DNA of 64,000 nucleotides from Tubulanus polymorphus. Lineage: Eukaryota; Animalia; Nemertea. Location of the stretch: positions 12,943,263-13,007,262 of the forward strand of contig NC_134028.1 in NCBI RefSeq assembly GCF_964204645.1, in the 5' to 3' direction. The position numbers and the translations under genes are program-made. The notes beneath the pieces are model-generated. The model did not search any database, was not told where the DNA came from, and worked only from the letters and a program-made list of their open reading frames with translations. Below, piece after piece: positions 56,460 to 64,000 of this stretch; the first letter of the stretch is position 1; the number at the start of each line of letters is the position of its first letter.

Positions 56460-57484
56460 TTAATTATTTATTTTTTATCATATTCACTAACCCAAAAATA
56501 ATAGCACTTACAACTGTAATTAAAAATAAAATAATATGTTCTGCAGCAAAGTTAAGAATATTCCCAGCAGATTTTAATATAAAACCAACAATCGATGCTA
56601 TAATTCCGGGTAAAGCTGCAGCAGATTTTTTAGATAGTTCCCATAGATAATTTGCTAACTTTTTAAATCCATCATTAACTTTATCCTGTATAGAATTATT
56701 ATTTGGTGGTGTATCAGGTGGTTTAGGATTTGGTGTAGATTTCAGTGAATTTGTATTAATTGCATTAATATTTTCTTGTTTTAAATTATCATTGAATTAC
56801 GGTTATTGATTGAAATTCAATGTTTCTAAATCCTTAGTTTCTATTTTACCATAACCTAATTTATTATTATAGATATTACAAAAAGTATTAGATGGTATCG
56901 GAAGTGTACAATATGCTGCAACATTTTCAGGGCAAGGAAGTGATCTTATTGTTCCAAGTTTTGTTCTAAAATCAGAATGATTTATATCTATATTAAATTC
57001 ATTACAAATTTTTATAAAACTTTGATGAATTAATATCATTATCTAATTCTTTAGAATATCTAGATCCTGGCAAAGGAGTCTCTAATTCATTTAATATTAA
57101 TCTTATTTGAAAATAAGTATGGAATCTAAATAAACTTTGAATTAATTTATATTTAGAATTATTCAAGTGATCATTCCAACTAATTCCACAACCTGTTGTT
57201 GCACAATAAACAGCAAAATTTAATTGGTTCTGCCATTACTTTATATTAGATTTTAATAACCATTGTTTTTCATCTTTCAATTTTTTAAAATTAATCAAAT
57301 ATACATGAAATATATTTTCCATCTTTGCATTAAAATTATTAGTTTCGGTAACATATATATCTAAATTAATTAAAGAATTTAAAACTTCATTTCTATATGA
57401 AATGTCTTTATTAAAATCTATTGCTGGAATATTATATTTAATTGATTTATTATATCGGAAAGCTTTTGCAAAACTATCTACCAT
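56460..57484 (-). pseudogene. P2 fused remnants of the 462-aa and 564-aa genes (~2.1-kb deletion near 56760)
   Basis: Similarity jumps from P1 ~13860 to ~15950. Confidence 0.8.
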
Positions 57485-57500
57485 TTATATAATAAAAAAA

Positions 57501-57935
57501 TTAATAATTTACTAATTCTTTTAATAATTTATCTTGTTCTGCAACTGTTATATTACCATTTAAACTCATTATATAATCAAATGTATTTTTTAATTTATTA
57601 ATTTCTTTTATATTAGATTTTATTTTTTCTTTATTACTTTTTATATTTAATTTTGAACTTATTCCGGTTAAAACACTTGAACTTAATCCTAACACACCAA
57701 TTGATATAGCTAAAGGTGTTAATGGTGAGAATATTGCTAGAAATGTTATAACAGAACTAATTGTAACTGAACCACTAGTAATAAAATAATATATAATTTT
57801 ACTTTTTAAATATTTTTTCTTTTTAACTTTAAAATCATTTTCAAATTTTAATATTTGTTTTTCCAAATATATTTTTAATTCAGTTTTATTTATATCATGA
57901 GGAATAATATCAATATTATCAACTTTATCATCCAT
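57501..57935 (-). CDS. P2 two-TM protein (intact, 144 aa)
   Basis: Homolog of P1 16680-17115. Confidence 0.75.
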   Translation of the reverse strand: MDDKVDNIDIIPHDINKTELKIYLEKQILKFENDFKVKKKKYLKSKIIYYFITSGSVTISSVITFLAIFSPLTPLAISIGVLGLSSSVLTGISSKLNIKSNKEKIKSNIKEINKLKNTFDYIMSLNGNITVAEQDKLLKELVNY

Positions 57936-58612
57936 TTATTTAGAAAAGAAATTACTAATTAGTAAATTTATACGCCACAAATATAACAATAACTGTTCCA
58001 CCTAAAATCCAAATTATTTCATATTTTTGTTGTTCTTTACTTGGGGTATAATAATCCGATAATTTAGGTTTATATAGATGTAATTTTTCTTTATTTGTTA
58101 CTGCGTTATATAAAAGTAATAGCGGTAATAGGCTTTCAAGCCAAAGGTCGAATGGTCGAGCTCGTAAAAATGAAAAACATGAAAATAATTACAATTTCTA
58201 CTTGAATTACTCGCGAAACTCATAAAAATGAAATATAAATTCTCACACACTCGAATATATTTTTCATTTTTATGAGTTTCACTCCTAATTCAAGTAGAAA
58301 TTGTAATTATTTTCATGTTTTTCATTTTTACTCACCCGCCCGTTCAACCTTTAACCTGAAAGCCTATTACCCCTATTACTCTTAAAATAATCATATACAT
58401 GAATAACATTTAAATTGACAGATTATTCAATATAAAAGTGTAAGCTCTTATAGAATAGATATATAGATATATTTACAACATTATTTCAATAATTATATTT
58501 GTATGAGTTAGATTTTAAACATTAAAAGTGTTAGTAAAGTGTGATTGAAATAATACATGATATAAATCATTGAACTTCTAAAATCAATTTTAAAAAAAAA
58601 TTTAGTATTAAA

Positions 58613-61600
58613 ATGGAAGCAAATAAGTACTACTGTCCAACATGTAGTATCAATATAGATAAATCCCAAAAAGCAAGACACAATAAAACTAAAACACATT
58701 TAGAGAATAAATTGAAACTAGAATATAAAGATGATATATTAGAAACTAAATTAGATGAATTAAAGAATGAAAAAGAAACATACAAATGTGATACATGTAA
58801 TCAATCATTCAGTGATAAAAGCTTTTATGAAGAACATTTAAAATCTAAAAGTCATATTAGAAATAAGAAAAATGATATTTTAGGTGAAGATTATTTTGAT
58901 AAAGATAATGATAAGAAACAGAAGACAATTAAAAGCATAAAAAAAAAAAAAACAATATAAGACCATACATGGAAGATGTAAGAAATTATATTAATTCATT
59001 AGATAATAAAAAAGATATAGAGATAACCGAAGCATTTAAAAGTGATATTGGTCCAGCAGATATTGAGTTTAAATTTCATAAAGGAAAAACATTAGAAGAA
59101 AAGTAAAAAAATTTAGAAAATATGAAAGAAATAATAAAAATAATAACTGATGTTGAATATCCTAAAATTAGTATATCTTCTAAAGTTAAATTCATAAAAT
59201 CTGAAGATAAACCAATATATAATATAAATTCTCATTCACAACATATTATATCTAAACAACATATAGATAATAAATTAGATAAATGTTATAATGAAGTAAA
59301 AACTAAAATAGAAGAGAAATATTTTGAAGGATCTGGTTTAATATTTGTTGAAATAATATTTATGACTTTGCATGTGTATAACACAAAATATAATAAGTTA
59401 ACTAAATCAAAACCAATAGATGAAAATAATGTATCATATTATAAAGAACCAGATATTGAAGCATCGAGTTATATTAAACTACCATTTAAAACTAATGCTG
59501 TAATAAATGTACAAAATTTTGATGATAAATGTTTTCTATGGGCTATAATAAGTTGTTTACACCCAGTTGAAGATTATAAACAACATAGTTTTAGATTAAC
59601 TCATTATAAACATTTTGAAAATAATTATAAGATAGATAAGTATCCTGTTATAATTAAAAACGTCCCAAAGATAGAATGAGATAATAATTTAAGAATAAAT
59701 GTATTTGATTTAATCAAATTACCAAATACAAAAGGTAACAACATAAAACATTATACATTAGAACCTTTATACCTATCAAAAGATTATGATTCAAACGATG
59801 TTATAGATATACTATATTATGAGAATCATTATATGTGGATTAAACAAATAGATTTATTCTTTAGAACAGAAAGTGATCACCATAATAAAATATATCTTTG
59901 TAGAAAATGTTTACATAGATTCAGTAATGAAAGTACATTATTAAATCATAAACAATTATGTGAAAATCATGATTATTGTAAATTAGTTTTACCAAATGAA
60001 AAGGATAAAATATTAGAATTCAAAAAATATGATTACAAAAATAAAGTTCCATTTGTTATATATGGAGATTTTGAATCATTAAATAAAGAACTAACTGACA
60101 AAGATAGAAAAGAAATATATTATAAAAGAAAGAAATTAAATTCTAATGAAAATGATTATTCTGAAGAACCACCAAAAACAAATACTATTAAAAAGATTCA
60201 TCAATCAGCTGCTGCTTTCGGGTTATATATAAAATCTGATTATCCAGAACTAATTGAAAGTGAATATTATGATTATAGAGATGAAAATGTTATCAATCAT
60301 TTTTGTGACTTATTAATTGAATATGAAATAAGATTTAGTAAATTATTGAATACAAATATAGAAATTATAATGACAGAAGAAGATAAAGAAGCATTTGAGT
60401 TTGCAGATAAATGCAATTATTGTGAAAAGATATCTAATTATAAAGATAAAAAAGTAAGAGACCATGATCATTTGAACGGAAAGTTTAGAGGCGCTGCACA
60501 TGAGAATTGTAACTTACAAGCTAAGAAAATAAATTTTGTACCAGTTATATTTTATAATCTATCAGGATATGATGCACATTTATTCATCAAACAGTTATGC
60601 CATAAAATAGAAGAAATTAATAATGAAATAGAAAGATCAAATTCAAATAGATCAAAAGATAAAATACCAACTTATAAATTTAAAATGTTAGCTAAAACAT
60701 CTGAGAATTATGTATCATTCCAATTTGGGTGTTTAAGATTTATAGATTCATATAGATTTTTAAATAGTTCATTAGATAATTTATCAAAATCATTAGTTGA
60801 TGATGAATTAAAAATATTAAAACAACACTACCCAAATAATGATGATTTTCAATTAATGAGATATAAAGGAGCAATTCCATATTCTTTCTATAAAAATCAT
60901 AATGATTTTAACTGAATTATTGAAAGAACAATTCTATGATGAATTAAAAAATGAATATGTTAAAGATGAAGTATATAATAGAACATTGAATATTTGGAAT
61001 CATTTCAAAATAGAAAATCATGGGCAATTAGTAGATTTATATTTAAAATCAGATGTATTATTATTAACCGATATATTCGAAAGGTTTAGAGATGTAAACC
61101 TAAAATATTTCAATATTGATCCTTGTCATTGTTATTCTAGCCCAGGTTTAACATGGGATTGTGGATTAAAATTTACAGATATAAAAATGGATTTGTTAAC
61201 AAATATAGATCAATTACTATTATTTGAAAAATCTATAAGAGGAGGTGTTTCAGGTGTATTAGGGGATAGATATTCCAATGTAAATGATAACCCTGGATAT
61301 AAGTTATTATATATAGATGCAAATAATTTGTATGGTTGGGCAATGATGGAACCACAACCTTATGGAGTATTTGAAATAAGTGAAGTTTCACAACATGAAA
61401 ATAATGATAAATTTGATTGGAAGAAAAGAATTCTAGATATTGCAGATGATTCAGATACTGGTTACTTCTTTGTTGTAGATTTAGAATATCCTGAACATAT
61501 TAAATTTAAATCTAGAAATCTAGCATACTGTCCCGAACATAAAACAGTAACTCGTGAAGAATTATCAAATTACCAAAAAAGAATTAAACCTGAAAATCAT

Positions 61601-63239
61601 ATTCATACAGAAAAGTTAATGGTAACTCAAGAAGATAAATATAATTATGTAGTACATTATAGAATGTTAAAGTTTTATTTGAATCAAGAGATGGTTCTAA
61701 AAAAAGTACATATCAACTTATCAAAATCATTAGTTGATGATGAATTAAAAATATTAAAGCAACACTACCCAAATAATGATGATTTTCAATTAATGAGATA
61801 TAAAGGCGCAATTCCATATTCATTTTATAAATCACATAATGATTTTAATATAACTGAATTATTAAAAGAACAATTCTATGATGAATTAAAAAATGAATAT
61901 GTTAAAGATGAAGTATATAATAGAACATTGAATATTTGGAATCATTTCAAAATAGAAAATCATGGACAATTAGTAGATTTATATCTAAAATAATGATAAA
62001 TTTGATTGGAAGAAAAGAATCCTCGATATTGCAGATGATTCAGATACTGGGTACTTCTTTGTTGTAGATTTAGAATATCCTGAACATATTAAATTTAAAT
62101 CTAGAAATCTAGCTTACTGTCCCGAACATAAAACTGTAACTCATGAAGAATTATCAAATTATCAAAAAAGAATTAAACCCGAAAATCATATTCATACAGA
62201 AAAGTTAATGGTAACTCAAGAAGATAAATATAATTATGTAGTACATTATAGAATGTTAAAGTTTTATTTGAGTCAAGGAATGATTCTAATAAAAGTACAT
62301 AGATATATTTCATTTAGTCAATCTAAGTGGTTAGAAAAATATATAGATTTTAACACCAAACAGAGAACTGAAGCTAAAACTGATTTCGAAAAAGATTTCT
62401 CCAAACTAATGAATAATGCATTCTATGGTTAGACTTGTGAAAATATTAGAAATAGAAATGATATTGAGTTAGTTAGTAATGGTAAAAGAATTAGACATTT
62501 ACAATCATATCCTAAGTTCATTGGTAACAGAATATTTGATGAAAATTTAGCTGCAGTTAAGATGAGAAGAACATCAATGAAATTTAATAAACCAATCTAT
62601 GTTGGCGCTTCAGTTTTAGAATTATCAAAATTACTAATGTATGAATTCTATCATAATGTATTACAACCACTTTTTGGAGAAAAACATATAGAAATATTAT
62701 ATTTTGATACAGATTCTTACATATTAAAGATAAAAACTAATAACATAACTGATGATTTAAAAACATTAAAACATCATTTTGATTTCAGTAACTATCCTAA
62801 AAATCATGAATTGTTTAGCAATGATAATAAAAAAGTTCCTGGTAAATTCAAAGATGAATTAGGTGGTGAAGAAATGATAGAGTTCATTGGTATTCGATCT
62901 AAAATGTATTCATATAAAACTAAAGAACATGAAGCTAAAAAGTTAAAAGGAATAACAAAAAGTGTAGTGGAAAAGAATATTCATTTCAAAGATTACATCA
63001 ATTGTATATTCAACGAAGAAGTTAGAAAACATAAGATGAGATGTTTAAGATCTGAAGATCATGAAATGTTTATTGAAGAAATTGAAAAGATAAGTCTAAA
63101 CCCTTTTGATGATAAAAGATATATTCTGGATGATGGAATTCATACAGTTGCTTATGGTTGTAATTTCGATGAATACTTAAAATTTAAAAGAGAAGAAACA
63201 AAAGAGAACGAGATAATGAAAAGAATTCTAACGTGTTAA
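58613..63239 (+). pseudogene. polB: P3 pPolB pseudogene (full-length type, with frameshifts and an internal duplication)
   Basis: Fragments carry DDKCFLWAI, HYMWIK, VIYGDFES (Exo I), YIDANNLYGWAM, KLMNNAFYG and YFDTDS. Confidence 0.93.
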
Positions 63240-63268
63240 TCAAATTTTAATAAAAATATGTATTATAA

Positions 63269-63623
63269 ATGGAGAGTAAACAAGCGCACAGTGAGAACAA
63301 CAAATCATTTCTAGATAGAATAAAAGATACTTCAAATGTCAAATCAGTAGATTATAAATTTAAGAAGTTAAAAGAATTAATAATCCATAAGAAATATCTA
63401 ATTACAAATATTGATACAGTTACTAACAAATATGGAGATAAATTAGTTATACACTTAGAATATGAAGGATTAAAAGGAAATACATATAAATTCAGAACAT
63501 ATTTACCGGATAGATTTTCATAGATTATCAAGTGAAGATTTAGAAGAATTATGTTCTGGAGATTTCTATTTCGTATACAAAGGTAAGAATGAAAAAGGGC
63601 ATCATGAAATAGATTTCGAATAA
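63269..63623 (+). pseudogene. P3 homolog of ORF 18919-19260 (frameshifted)
   Basis: MESKQ...YLPDRF, then a 1-nt frameshift. Confidence 0.85.
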
Positions 63624-63638
63624 AATATGTAAAATAAA

Positions 63639-64000
63639 TTGCGGAATTAAAAGAATACAGAATATTTGTTGATTCAAGAAGAAAACTTACAAATTATAAA
63701 TCACATAATTTACTAGTACAATTAGATAGAGAATTCAAGAATTGTGTAGATTTAAAATTAGTTAATATAAGTTTATGTAATTCTTTTTATAATATATCGG
63801 ATAAAACTATTGAACATAGAGCCTTTTTAATTTTTGCTAAAGGTAAAAATGAATGGTCCTATATATATTTAAAACCGCGCTTATATGATTTAGATACATT
63901 AGCACAAGAAATTAATAGAAAAGCCTGGCACAAATTAGGTAGTAGTTCTGAGTTTAGTATTAGATTTTTTAAAAGTGATAGTTCTGATATAATAAAGATA
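63639..64000 (+). pseudogene. P3 minor capsid homolog, 5' part
   Basis: Matches the reverse complement of P1 ~18540-18901; start codon mutated to TTG. Confidence 0.75.

Larger units (their letters stand above)
50078..58114. mobile_element. Decayed Polinton P2, colinear with P1 from the left end to the 17135-17538 homolog
   Basis: Same gene order (HNH, ORF200, TM, integrase, ATPase / MCP and neighbours) with many frameshifts; begins AGTAAT; candidate TSD TACGAC. Confidence 0.92.
58115..64000 (+). mobile_element. Polinton P3 (PolB end), inverted relative to P1/P2, running off the window
   Basis: 266-bp terminal fold-back 58115-58380, then polB, ORF113 and penton homologs on the + strand; interrupts P2 immediately after TATAAA. 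Confidence 0.9.

Overview
AT-rich eukaryotic (probably invertebrate animal) genomic DNA made almost entirely of nested mobile elements; no host gene is evident. (1) A complete 17.3-kb Polinton/Maverick-type endogenous virus (5178-22486, ~440-bp TIRs, 6-bp TSD ATTATA) is inserted into the endonuclease domain of an L2/CR1-group LINE (~2215-24450, minus strand). It encodes pPolB, rve integrase, an A32-like ATPase, major and minor capsid proteins, an HNH nuclease and many membrane proteins, but no visible protease. (2) A Sola-type DNA transposon (~26200-49710) is interrupted by a Ty3/Gypsy LTR element (27512-42670, TSD ACGG, itself carrying a ~5.8-kb insertion) and by an intron-containing hAT element (42897-47953, 5-bp TSD CATTG). 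(3) Further Polinton relatives are an end at 1-271, a decayed copy from 50078, and an inverted PolB-end copy from 58115. The most striking unexplained signals: almost every Polinton gene is preceded by one of two poxvirus-like promoter architectures (T-run/6-8 nt/TAAATG before structural genes; AATAA-N12-14-TAAA(A)TG mostly before replication genes), and each fully visible Polinton terminus is a long fold-back hairpin with co-varying arms and conserved mismatches. Together these suggest an endogenous virophage-like satellite of a cytoplasmic pox-like virus. The Gypsy leader also carries an array of antisense tRNA T-arm units and an accessory ORF with three PLDLS (CtBP-binding) motifs. All assignments are from motif recognition by eye; no searches were run.
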